A DNA stretch of 64,000 nt from an uncultured bacterium. GTDB lineage: Bacteria > Oederibacteriota > PGYV01 > CAWJRG01. Below the pieces are notes generated by a model. The model did not search any database, had not been told where the DNA came from, and saw only the letters and a list, made by a program, of their open reading frames with translations. The stretch covers positions 384,001 through 448,000 of the forward strand of contig CAWJRG010000010.1 in the NCBI GenBank assembly GCA_963845185.1. Direction: 5' to 3'. Below are positions 30,459 through 40,229 of the stretch, piece after piece. The number at the start of each line of letters is the position of its first letter. The stretch's first letter is position 1. The position numbers and the translations under genes were made by a program.

Positions 30459-31168
30459 TGCTCCCCTCCGGAATAATAAATGTTGAAAAGGTATTGTTTT
30501 TTTGCTTTTTGTATCATGTAAGACACGCTGTCTTTTTCCTCTTTTTCGTACAAAATTTCCCAGCCCTGTTTCTTAAAAAAATCCCTGTAATAATCTTTTA
30601 CCGCATTGCCTGAATAAGCCACCCTGTAAAAATTGCCGAAACCGGCGGTTTTGCCCGAAGAGAGCATTTCTATGCTTAAGATTTTTTCCGCGCCCGGAAA
30701 ATGCGCAAGGCCGTCGTCAAAGCCCTTGAATTTATCCGGATTCATGCCGCCCCTGATTTTTACCTTCACCACTTCGGTTTTGCTTTTGCCGTTTACAGCT
30801 GTTATTAAAGTCCCGTTGTTCTTTTCATCCCTGAAAAAAACATAGTCGTAATCGTAAACCGGCGTTTCCCTGCCGCTGTTTATAAAAAATTTCGCCATGC
30901 TGTCAATGCCAGCGTTGTCTATCACAATATATTTTTTCTGCCGGGCCAGCGCAATGTAATACCCTATTATGTCGCCTGCGTCTTTGTCGCTTTCGTACCG
31001 TGTGGCTTCCAGTTTCCTGTCATTTATTTTCATTTCTACCTGGTTTGTTTTCTTCGCGTTAAAATTATACTGCAGGGAGTCCGGTGTGCCCTCCATTATG
31101 TCGAAAACGCCTGCGCAAGTCTGGCGGCAAAAGCATAAAAATAAAATTAAGGCGGCTATTTTCTTCAT
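30437..31168 (-). CDS. Hypothetical exported protein in Tad cluster
   Basis: Signal peptide; ATGA-type coupling to the TadE-like gene. Confidence 0.7.
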   Translation of the reverse strand: MKKIAALILFLCFCRQTCAGVFDIMEGTPDSLQYNFNAKKTNQVEMKINDRKLEATRYESDKDAGDIIGYYIALARQKKYIVIDNAGIDSMAKFFINSGRETPVYDYDYVFFRDEKNNGTLITAVNGKSKTEVVKVKIRGGMNPDKFKGFDDGLAHFPGAEKILSIEMLSSGKTAGFGNFYRVAYSGNAVKDYYRDFFKKQGWEILYEKEEKDSVSYMIQKAKKQYLFNIYYSGGEQWLTIIG

Positions 31169-31680
31169 TGTGTCCCCTCGCTGTACTGGCCCGTGTATTC
31201 CTTGTCTAGTTTTATTGTATCAGTAACCTTAAAGGTAAAGCTTCCGCCGGTAGCTGTAAAAAGGCTTGTGCTTAAATCCAGTGCGCTTTTCCCCGTAATA
31301 ACCGTGAACAGGTTAAAAAGTCCCTGCTTGTAATCAAGCTGCACATCCGTGCCGGTAAACTTTTTCAGAAGGTTCATTTGCCCCATTTGCCCGAATCCCG
31401 CATCGCCCGACTGCTGGGTGCCCGAGTAAGTCACAGAAACCCCGTTGGCCATTCCCAGCTTTTTCCCCATCTCGTTTGCGAATGCCTGTATGTCGTTTCC
31501 CTGGTCAGCGTCCGACGCCACAAAAAGCATGGTTTCCCTCTCGAGCATCGCGAGCTGTATTTTTTTCATCAGGAGCACGGTAAACTGGAATATCGCAATA
31601 AAAAACAGGATAAGCAGCGGAAGGACTATTACCATCTCGGTCATCGCCTGCCCCTTATTGGACTTTAATATTTTTTTCAA
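31165..31680 (-). CDS. tadE: TadE/TadF-like pseudopilin
   Basis: KG/QAMTEMVIVLPLLILFFIAIFQF. Confidence 0.85.
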   Translation of the reverse strand: MKKILKSNKGQAMTEMVIVLPLLILFFIAIFQFTVLLMKKIQLAMLERETMLFVASDADQGNDIQAFANEMGKKLGMANGVSVTYSGTQQSGDAGFGQMGQMNLLKKFTGTDVQLDYKQGLFNLFTVITGKSALDLSTSLFTATGGSFTFKVTDTIKLDKEYTGQYSEGTQ

Positions 31681-31736
31681 ACCATCCTCCTGAAAATATT
31701 TTTGTTATATACCTGCAAACTTTTGCACGAAAATCT

Positions 31737-32771
31737 TTAGTGCAATAAAATGTCATTGCTTGCCTGGCCGGACAGGATATTTATATACTTTAAATAGTCT
31801 TTTAGTTTCGCAAGTGTCTGTAACTGCTGCATTTTTGGCAGCATAACATGCCTTATTTTAGGCGTATATCCGGCGCCGTTAATGTCCCATATTGACATTG
31901 ACCCTCCGTCAATGGTCGTCATGGCTGTGCTCAGCAAAAAAGCAGGCTTGATTTCATTGCCCTTGTCGTCGGTTAAAAAGCCCGAGCTTAAAAGCTGTTT
32001 TACCCCGGTTTTAATTGAAACAACCTGCACTGTATGTATGCCTGTCTCTTCTATGGTAAGAGGTATTGATTTTGATTTCCGTTTTCTTTCCACTTTTCTT
32101 ATTACATATCGCGGGCCGCCGTATACTTTTACGCCGTTGGTAGTACGGCATCCCGCATTGGTCTTCCAGCTTTTGCCGTTTTCAAGATGCACTTCGCTTT
32201 GATTAAAAGTATACCTTTTGCCGTCAACGTCGCTGTCAAAGTAATATGTCACTTCCTCGTTTTCCGTATCATCTATGTATCTCCGCTCAACGTTAAAAGA
32301 AGGGTTAAACCCCTGGTCGCTGAATTCTTCCGTATTGAAAAGCGGCACGTCAACAACCCCGTTTCTCATGCCGTTGCGCAAAACCAGCATTGCCGTCATC
32401 ATGGCAGCCGGCTTTATTTTCCATTTTCCATAACCGCCTGTGCCGGCAAATACATCCTGGAGTTTTTGCACTATCTGCGGTATTTTTTCCGCCTCAGGCA
32501 CTTCCAGAATCGTAAGTACTCCGGCCACTGCAGCTGAACACAGGAGTATCTTGTTGCTGAGGGAAAGTATGTTCAGACTCCTGGCGTACCATAACCCGGC
32601 TTCCATGGCGCCTGAGTCAGCTATATTTTGCATGTGTATTTTCTCGTAAATCAGATTGCCAGACTCTATGACCGCTATCGCGATTATAAAAAGCACAACC
32701 AGCGCCACAAGCGCCGGCACGATAACCTGGCCCTTGTTCTTCGGCGACAATCTTATTTTAATCACGTTCAT
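31737..32771 (-). CDS. tadG: TadG-like pilus assembly protein (Tad N-terminal domain)
   Basis: KGQVIVPAL...ESGNLIYEKIHMQNIADSGAM. Confidence 0.8.
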   Translation of the reverse strand: MNVIKIRLSPKNKGQVIVPALVALVVLFIIAIAVIESGNLIYEKIHMQNIADSGAMEAGLWYARSLNILSLSNKILLCSAAVAGVLTILEVPEAEKIPQIVQKLQDVFAGTGGYGKWKIKPAAMMTAMLVLRNGMRNGVVDVPLFNTEEFSDQGFNPSFNVERRYIDDTENEEVTYYFDSDVDGKRYTFNQSEVHLENGKSWKTNAGCRTTNGVKVYGGPRYVIRKVERKRKSKSIPLTIEETGIHTVQVVSIKTGVKQLLSSGFLTDDKGNEIKPAFLLSTAMTTIDGGSMSIWDINGAGYTPKIRHVMLPKMQQLQTLAKLKDYLKYINILSGQASNDILLH

Positions 32772-33334
32772 AATCCCCAGAACCCGGGATGATACCTCAT
32801 TACGGAACAGGCATTTATTGTGTAAACCGGAAAGCCGGATTCTGCCGCCAGGATATCTCCGGAATTTGAGGAACTTTTTTGAAATAGCCCGAAAATTTTA
32901 TTTACAAACGGCACTTTTAACGGCATGTCGTATGTTACGCTTACGGCTATAAACCTGCCTGCTGAACTCTTTATTGAATTGTCCCATCGCCAGCTTACAT
33001 TTGCGCCTTTGAATTTCCCGAGAAAAAATCCCTGCAGCGAATCAGCGCTCATTCCGGATAGAGTCGTCAGCATGCTGCCTGAAGGGTTGTTTGCCGCCGT
33101 CATCATGCCTTCCAGTATGCTGTCCGCTTTTGGCACCTGTGTGTATCTTTCAAGCGTATAAGTAGGATAGGCCACTGCCACTCTTGCGAGCATATACGCG
33201 GAATACTGCAGCATCATTTTATTTATGAATATCATGGAAAGCTGCACTATCCCCAGCACAAGCAAAATGAAAACAGGCAGGATTAAGACAAACTCAACCA
33301 TGCTCTGGGCTTTTTTGCTTTTTATTAACTTCAA
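32768..33334 (-). CDS. tadE: TadE-like pseudopilin
   Basis: KA/QSMVEFVLILPVFILLVLGIVQL. Confidence 0.85.
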   Translation of the reverse strand: MKLIKSKKAQSMVEFVLILPVFILLVLGIVQLSMIFINKMMLQYSAYMLARVAVAYPTYTLERYTQVPKADSILEGMMTAANNPSGSMLTTLSGMSADSLQGFFLGKFKGANVSWRWDNSIKSSAGRFIAVSVTYDMPLKVPFVNKIFGLFQKSSSNSGDILAAESGFPVYTINACSVMRYHPGFWGL

Positions 33335-33358
33335 AAATTAACCTCCGGATAAAACAGC

Positions 33359-33385
33359 TAGGGGCAATACGCGAATTGCCCCTAC
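33359..33385. repeat. GTAG-type REP-like palindrome / hairpin after flp
   Basis: Minus strand GTAGGGGCAATTCGCGTATTGCCCCTA. Confidence 0.6.
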
Positions 33386-33407
33386 TGCACTCTTTGTCCC
33401 TGGTTAT

Positions 33408-33596
33408 TTACTGCCCGGCTGTTCCGTTCTTTATTCCGTTATCTACCTGCGATCCCACCGCGTTGCCGGAGTTGCTGAAGGCGTCTTTTATTTTCCCGCC
33501 GAAGAGCTTGACTCCCGCGATAACAAGTATTGCAATCAGGGCAATTATCAAAATATACTCGGTCATTGCCTGTCCTTTCCTTTCGCTTATTTTCAT
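33408..33596 (-). CDS. flp: Flp/Fap type IVb pilin
   Basis: KG/QAMTEYILIIALIAI, 62 aa, GGAGG RBS. Confidence 0.92.
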   Translation of the reverse strand: MKISERKGQAMTEYILIIALIAILVIAGVKLFGGKIKDAFSNSGNAVGSQVDNGIKNGTAGQ

Positions 33597-33611
33597 TTTC
33601 GCACCTCCCTT

Positions 33612-33776
33612 CTATGGTATTGGTAATGAAAATATGAAAACAAAGGTTTCAAAATACCTGGATAAAATAAAACGCCCAAACTGGATGCCCGCTATGCACA
33701 TGATGCCTACAATAGCCGTCAGCAGCACGTATTCCGTGAACGCCTGTCCCCGCATACCCCGCAATAGTTTCCGCAT
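33612..33776 (-). CDS. Second Flp-like pilin
   Basis: MRKLLRGMRG/QAFTEYVLLTAIVG...SLPIP; start re-placed at 33776. Confidence 0.7.
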   Translation of the reverse strand: MRKLLRGMRGQAFTEYVLLTAIVGIMCIAGIQFGRFILSRYFETFVFIFSLPIP

Positions 33777-34326
33777 TTTACCGCTCTTCAATGATTGTGA
33801 TTTTTGAAATATTGTAGTTAGCGGGATTTTCGATATGCTTTTTTGCTTCAAAATGGGATTTCCAGGAATAAAGGTTGGAGAGTGCGCTTCCTTTCGCATT
33901 GTAATAAACGTTAGAAAGCGGCTTGCTTTGTGCTTGAAATACTAAAACTTTACGTTTTTCCCTCATATCTTTTCACACCTTTCGCGCCATAAAATACCGG
34001 TTTTATTTAAAAAGTAATTTATTTGCTCCCTTTTTTATCATCTGCCCTTAATTTTAGGAAATATCCCGCGGGTTGTCAAGGATTATAATAAATAATGCGG
34101 GGGGATTTTACCTTTTCTGCAGATTATCATTGTTATTATCCGTGTTTTCCATTGCGCCTATTTTTTCCAGCATTCGTGCCGCTTCGGTATTGCCGGCATC
34201 AATCGCAAATGCTTGTATTTTCTAAATAATGTTAACTAATATACATACCGTAATAAGTATTTTTGTCATAGTATTCTATATAAGAATAATTACTTAGAAA
34301 AGGAAAGGCTTCCCCCAGGTAGAGCG

Positions 34327-34887
34327 TTATTTAGTCTTTGAAGGTCCATAATTTAGGTCTTTAAGTTTGTGTATTCTGCTTAGTTTAAATAAACGTAAAA
34401 ACCAATTACATGAGTAATATTTTTTCCCCGTAGTATCTTCTGCTTTAATTACTATATCATTAAAATTATAATTTTTAAGTAAATCATATGATTTTTTATA
34501 TGTTATACCGTCATTAGGTAGAATTTGACGTAATCTATCAGCTTCATCTAGAGTTATTTTAATAAACTTAATGATTTTATCTATATTAATTAATAAATAA
34601 ACATCACTTATCTTTATTGGTTTGTTTCCTTTGTTTATAACAGAAACATTAAAAAATTTTTCGATTTTCCAATCTATTTTATTTTTATCATTAGATATAA
34701 ATTCATTATCATTAAATAGATCATCATAGCTTCCTGTCGGTTCTTCATATATTTCTGATATTTTAATCTTAACAATTATTTTATTTTCCTTAAAATGTCT
34801 AATTTCTTGATATAATGAAATAAATAAAGCTGACGCACTGGTAAACCCTGTCCAAAAAATAGGTTGTTTTAAAAAATTAAAATTCAT
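34327..34887 (-). CDS. Hypothetical protein with N-terminal TM (AT-rich island)
   Basis: 186-aa ORF, very AT-rich. Confidence 0.6.
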   Translation of the reverse strand: MNFNFLKQPIFWTGFTSASALFISLYQEIRHFKENKIIVKIKISEIYEEPTGSYDDLFNDNEFISNDKNKIDWKIEKFFNVSVINKGNKPIKISDVYLLINIDKIIKFIKITLDEADRLRQILPNDGITYKKSYDLLKNYNFNDIVIKAEDTTGKKYYSCNWFLRLFKLSRIHKLKDLNYGPSKTK

Positions 34888-34899
34888 TTTAACGATTCC

Positions 34900-35145
34900 T
34901 CAACGCTTCAATAGCACAACAATTATAGCGGTTATTGCGCTTATAACTGAAGCTATTGCCGATACTAAAGTAATTATCCAAAGTTTAGATTCTCTTAATG
35001 ACCTTTCAGCTTCAATTACACGTCTCTGAATTTCAGCATCATCAGCATTACACGGAATGCTTTCCTGAGAAACAGAACCCATAGTATTTACTCCTAACTC
35101 AATTGCGCGTTTTTTTAATTCATCACCAACTAATAATTTTTTCAT
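34900..35145 (-). CDS. Small hypothetical membrane protein
   Basis: MKKLLVGDELKK... with C-terminal TM; AGGAG RBS. Confidence 0.55.
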   Translation of the reverse strand: MKKLLVGDELKKRAIELGVNTMGSVSQESIPCNADDAEIQRRVIEAERSLRESKLWIITLVSAIASVISAITAIIVVLLKR

Positions 35146-35418
35146 AATTATCTCCTTATAAATCAAAAATTCTCTTCGATTCAGATTAAAAAATCATTAA
35201 AAAAAGAAGCCGGATTTCTAACTAAAATTTTAGGATTTTGAAACATATATTTGATATCGTCTATAACTTCGTAAAGCTCGCCCAATTCATTGTTTTTATA
35301 AGCGGCAACGTATACCTTCATATAAAAAGTTTTCTCCTGGGCGTGGTGCTCGGGCCCGAACAGGGAAATGATAAAGCCTTTAAACTGGTCCACGGTCATT
35401 TGCGGTTTGTATCACCTA

Positions 35419-36411
35419 TTAAGTTTTTTTAGTACTTATCAGGTCCGGGTCAAAACTACTTTGTTCATTAAGTTTTTTAAAAGCTTCTACATCAAAAGTT
35501 TTTTTGGTAATACTATCAACAGTTTTGATTTCTTTTGTAGTTTGAACAGGAGCTTTTATCCACCCTTGAAATTGAGGGTTGTTTTCATATTCCTTTAATA
35601 TAGTTAGTATTTTAAATTTAAGTCCATCAATATTTGAAAAATATGCACATAATTTACTATCCAAAAGTTTCTTTTTAAAGTTTTTATACAATTTTACATT
35701 GTCTTTTTCTTCAAAATCTTTGTTTTCCGAAGTTTTTATAGCTACATACTCTTTATCCATTAATAACGTAAAAGGCTTTTTCTTTAATTTTTTTGCATAA
35801 TTATATTCTAATTCAACATAGCTTCGGCCATGTCGTTTATAAATGCTTCCATATCTTCCTCCAACAATTAACATAAATGTATCAGAATCTTGAATCCATT
35901 TCTGTATTGTTTTCCATTGTGATTCATCATTTGCTGTAAATAGTTCCATGCCGGCAGGTATATGACCCGCTTGTAAAACAGCTCCTACGGCTGCTTGTCG
36001 CTCGGCTTCCATTAATTTATAAGTAGAAGATATAAAGACTTGTATTTTTTTCTTTTGATTTTGAAGCACCCTTATTTCTTTCTTTTCTACTTGCCGGTCT
36101 ATATCTAAAGGTTCTTCATTAAAATCATCTTTTGCAGATTTCAATATTTCAATGCCTTTTTTTGTATCACCAACTTTATTTTCTTTAACATTAAAATCAA
36201 ACTCTTTTAGAAAGACATTATTTGATTTAAATAGGCGCTGTAAAAATAATTTTACTTCAACTTTCCATTTACAAAAAAATACACTTTGTACTGTATAATC
36301 ATTTTTTGTTGTATCAATGCCAATTATTAAAGGTTGTTTTTTAGTTTCTAATAGCAAAATTCCGCGAGTAATAAGTGAATCAAACCTATCGTTAATCCTA
36401 TTTTTATCCAT
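35419..36411 (-). CDS. DUF4062 domain protein
   Basis: QVFISSTY...ERQAAV...GHIPAGMELF...IVGGRYGS...SYVELEYNYA. Confidence 0.88.
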   Translation of the reverse strand: MDKNRINDRFDSLITRGILLLETKKQPLIIGIDTTKNDYTVQSVFFCKWKVEVKLFLQRLFKSNNVFLKEFDFNVKENKVGDTKKGIEILKSAKDDFNEEPLDIDRQVEKKEIRVLQNQKKKIQVFISSTYKLMEAERQAAVGAVLQAGHIPAGMELFTANDESQWKTIQKWIQDSDTFMLIVGGRYGSIYKRHGRSYVELEYNYAKKLKKKPFTLLMDKEYVAIKTSENKDFEEKDNVKLYKNFKKKLLDSKLCAYFSNIDGLKFKILTILKEYENNPQFQGWIKAPVQTTKEIKTVDSITKKTFDVEAFKKLNEQSSFDPDLISTKKT

Positions 36412-36439
36412 GTATTTTCTTTTCCTTTTCCTTTAAAAT

Positions 36440-39373
36440 TTATTCTAACGATTCCTCAACGATTTTTATTTCTTCTTTATCTGAAATTTCGTAAAGTTCA
36501 TAAATTTTTCGGTCAATCTCTTTATCAACAGCTTGTATTTCATTTTCTCTATTCGATTTAGATTCATTTAATGACAATATTTTTTCTACCAAACTAATAA
36601 TTTCAACAACTAAATCTTTATTGGTATTATTTAATTTAATTATTGGTATTTGTTCAATACTTTCAGGATAAACATTTAAATTATAACCTAGAAAATTATT
36701 AAAATAGAAGTTTATTAGTTTTGAATTAATTAATCCTAACAAGAATTTAAGTGAATATTCCCTTGAAAGTTCTATATCGTTTTTTTCAATATTTATTTTT
36801 CTTTTACCTAAAAAAGATTTATCTTTATTTTCAATATTATATTTTAGGATTACACAACTTAATGAGTCATCTGAATAGTATTTTTTATTATCATAAACAG
36901 CTTTAATACCTTCTACACCTGTAACTTTTGAAATAAAAATTTTTTCTGATTCAAATAATTCCTCGAAAGCTGGCCTATATAATTTTGTTTTATCATATAA
37001 CAACCATTTATCCGCCCAATCAAGTTTATATCTACTTATATTTTTACCTTTAATCATTTTTTTACAAAAATCATTTATTTTATTATCCAAATGAAATTGT
37101 TCTACTGGAACCCCTCGAGCTCCCCATGAAGCTATAGCTACTTTCCCCAAATTAATACTATTCTCTTTTATTTTATTAATAATACCAATTGTTTTTTTAG
37201 AAAAAGCGTCTATTCGATACATATTTTCCGGAATTTCATAGAATTCTTTTTGTTTAATTTTATCAGTTTTATTGCCGTCATATACGGAAATGATATTGCC
37301 ATTTCTTTGCGCCTGGTCAGAACACTTTTCAATTATTAAAACAATATTTTTAACAGCAACGCCTTCAAATACATTTGTTTTAAATAAATTATAAATATTT
37401 ATTATTTTACAGTTATCTAAAATGTATTTACGTAATTTTTGGCCATAATCTTGAGTAAGAAATGGGTAAGGTATAATAAAGCCCAATAAACCGCCTTCTT
37501 TAAGTAGCAATATAGATTTTTCAATGAAAGCTATATATATATCAAATCTTTTTAGCGAAGTTTCGTAAAATTTCATATAAAAAGCAAGTTCTTCATCTTC
37601 AAGATTTTCAACGTTAATATATGGCGGATTTCCTATAATAAAATCAAAGCCATTATCACTAAGTGCTTCACAAAAGGAAATCTCAAAATTAAAAGGTCTA
37701 ATTTTTTCAATGTCTTTGAAATTTTCCTTTAACAGATTCCGGGAATTAATTTTTAATTGTTCTTCCAAAACAAGTATTTTTTTATAAAGTTTTTCCTTTA
37801 CTTCATCATCTGTGGTTTTATGAAAATGTTTTTTTAATTCTAATATGTCATTTATAAGTTCTTTACTATTAGAATTGGAGCTAAGCAAAGTTGTTTCTTT
37901 AATTACTTCTTCTGAAATTAATGAATTTCCACAACGAATATTTAATTTCATATTAGGCAATAATTTTTTCCCTTTTATATTTTGATACTTAATTCCTTCT
38001 AAGGTTTTAATTACTAAATTCAGTTTTGAAATTTCAACAGCTCTTTCATCTAAATCAACGCCATAAATATTGTTTTGTAATATTTTTTTTCTTAAATCGA
38101 AATCAAATAACAATGTTCCTCCAGCAATCCGCCTATAATGAAAGAGTAATTCTTCAAATACCTTTATAAGGAAAGAACCACTACCGCAAGCAGGGTCTAA
38201 TACTTTTATCTTTTTAAGATCCTCTTCAGTCTTAATTTTTGATAGTTTGGGTCTAATGGTATTTTCAATTATGTATTGAACGATGCTTTCGGGTGTGTAA
38301 TAAATACCTTGTTTTTTCTTTTTCTTTTTACCTTCTTCTTCGTCTAAAGATATACTTTTTTTACTTTTTTTAAGCAATTCACCTAAATAATTTTCGTAAA
38401 CTTCACCAATGATATTTACAGATAATTTTGAGAAATTAATAGAAGCTAGTTCTCGAATTATTGGAATAATAATAGCATCGTCAAGGTCAAGTTTAGTACA
38501 TTCATCTATAGCAAAAATTTCCGAATTAAAACGCTCATCCATTTCTTTAAAAACAATATTTTTTAATTCGTCATATATGTTTTTCTTTGAGTGTAATATT
38601 GCGTGTAGTTTGTCTTGCCCAATTATTTGATTGTCGGAACAGTAATCAATAAAAATAAGCTTATCTATAATTTTTTGTACAATTAATTCAATCTGCGTGG
38701 AGTTATAATGTTTTGAATATTTTTTTAAAATATATGTGCGTAATTGTTCTCTCCAATTTTTAAGTTTTATAAAAAAATCATTCTTAATTTCTTCTTGTTC
38801 AGGATAATATACAGAATTTAAGTCCCAACGCCCTTGTTCCTTAATTAGATTTTTTTTCGTTAATTTTGATAAAAACTCAATGCCTTGAGGTGATAATATA
38901 TTGATATAATTTTTTTTATCTACCTTATCCCATAGAATTGAATGAAAAGCATATTTTGTATCATTATAAAGTCTTTTCAAATGTGTATTGAAAACACGCC
39001 ATTCAATAAAATTTGTAAGAATACCCCAGTAAATACCTTCTGCTTCACAGTAACTATAAAGTTGTTCTGCATACGTTGTATCTTGATTAGTTCCATTAAG
39101 TTTATCACTTTTAGAAGCGTCTTTCGTTTCAATAACTTGTATAGTATTGCCTTCATCGTCTTTTAATAAAATATCCGGTCTTTTACCAGTTTTGACTTCT
39201 TGTCCTTCATTAATGAAAATATTATTTTTTTCCCAGCCTAAAATTTTTAGTAAATCCAAAAGATAATTTGCTTGAATATTTTCTTCTGAGGATTCAACGG
39301 CATTATTTTCTTTAAAATCATTTAATAATTTTTCAATTTTTTGTTTAGTTATTTTCAAAATTTTATTATTCAT
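36440..39373 (-). CDS. Type IIG restriction-modification enzyme (endonuclease + N6-adenine MTase + TRD)
   Basis: N-terminal RPDILL...IETK; GIYYTP; VLDPACGSGSFL; IIGNPPY; TaqI-C-like LLGLINSKLINFYF. Confidence 0.92.
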   Translation of the reverse strand: MNNKILKITKQKIEKLLNDFKENNAVESSEENIQANYLLDLLKILGWEKNNIFINEGQEVKTGKRPDILLKDDEGNTIQVIETKDASKSDKLNGTNQDTTYAEQLYSYCEAEGIYWGILTNFIEWRVFNTHLKRLYNDTKYAFHSILWDKVDKKNYINILSPQGIEFLSKLTKKNLIKEQGRWDLNSVYYPEQEEIKNDFFIKLKNWREQLRTYILKKYSKHYNSTQIELIVQKIIDKLIFIDYCSDNQIIGQDKLHAILHSKKNIYDELKNIVFKEMDERFNSEIFAIDECTKLDLDDAIIIPIIRELASINFSKLSVNIIGEVYENYLGELLKKSKKSISLDEEEGKKKKKKQGIYYTPESIVQYIIENTIRPKLSKIKTEEDLKKIKVLDPACGSGSFLIKVFEELLFHYRRIAGGTLLFDFDLRKKILQNNIYGVDLDERAVEISKLNLVIKTLEGIKYQNIKGKKLLPNMKLNIRCGNSLISEEVIKETTLLSSNSNSKELINDILELKKHFHKTTDDEVKEKLYKKILVLEEQLKINSRNLLKENFKDIEKIRPFNFEISFCEALSDNGFDFIIGNPPYINVENLEDEELAFYMKFYETSLKRFDIYIAFIEKSILLLKEGGLLGFIIPYPFLTQDYGQKLRKYILDNCKIINIYNLFKTNVFEGVAVKNIVLIIEKCSDQAQRNGNIISVYDGNKTDKIKQKEFYEIPENMYRIDAFSKKTIGIINKIKENSINLGKVAIASWGARGVPVEQFHLDNKINDFCKKMIKGKNISRYKLDWADKWLLYDKTKLYRPAFEELFESEKIFISKVTGVEGIKAVYDNKKYYSDDSLSCVILKYNIENKDKSFLGKRKINIEKNDIELSREYSLKFLLGLINSKLINFYFNNFLGYNLNVYPESIEQIPIIKLNNTNKDLVVEIISLVEKILSLNESKSNRENEIQAVDKEIDRKIYELYEISDKEEIKIVEESLE

Positions 39374-39547
39374 TAATCCTCCTTCAAATTGTCTTACTTT
39401 ACCACTTTTCTATTATTTTCTCAATTATTTTCGAGAGGCAAATAAAAAAAAGGCTTCGAGGTGTATAAAATTATTCATCTTTGACTTGTCTTAATATCCC
39501 TTAAATTTTTATCTTTAATTGCGACATTTATGTTATATAGGTTATAT

Positions 39548-39949
39548 TTATTTAATTTTTTTCCCAGGTCGCCATGTAGTTTCTTTAACAAGCTTGCCAT
39601 GCTTCCACTTTATTAAGCTAACAATTCCGGTACTGCTATCAAAATCCAATTCCCAACCATCTTTAACACCTTCAACATACGGAACAATTTTATCTATCAA
39701 TCCGCTAAAATCTTTATGGATTTCACCTTCGGTTGTATCATCCGGATTCAATCCATCAAAAATATTCCAGAGGTCTGAATTAACTTCACTATTTTTTGTT
39801 TCACGTCGTTGTTGTTGTTTTAGTTGCTGCTGTTGCTCATTATCTTGCTGATACCCCAGCAAAAAAAGTGCAGTCGCGTCATTAGAGTAGGCAAGATAAC
39901 TTGAGGATAAAAATATAATTATCATTAATAGTTTTAAATAAATTTTCAT
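39548..39949 (-). CDS. Hypothetical exported protein
   Basis: Signal peptide; GGAGG RBS; poly-Q stretch. Confidence 0.65.
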   Translation of the reverse strand: MKIYLKLLMIIIFLSSSYLAYSNDATALFLLGYQQDNEQQQQLKQQQRRETKNSEVNSDLWNIFDGLNPDDTTEGEIHKDFSGLIDKIVPYVEGVKDGWELDFDSSTGIVSLIKWKHGKLVKETTWRPGKKIK

Positions 39950-40229
39950 TTTTCCCTCCTGATTAAAAATTGCATTTTATATTTATATAATATATCTGAA
40001 TATGTTTTAAACCATATTCACGAAGTTATTTATCACCTCTTAATATAAAATACACCCCAAAATAAAAAAGTCAATAGGATATAATAAAAAAGGGCTCCGT
40101 GTTTGTTAGGTGTGCAAATGATATAGAGGGTATATCAAAAGGTGTGAACGGAGCCCTTTGTAATTTTCATTTGTAAACCAACTTAATATCTTTGTCAATA
40201 ATAAATTCTTTACACCTTTTTTTACGGGA

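Noticed and set aside
35181..35399. 72-aa ORF in the island
   Set aside because: No recognisable motif or clear RBS; possibly a gene fragment, not called.
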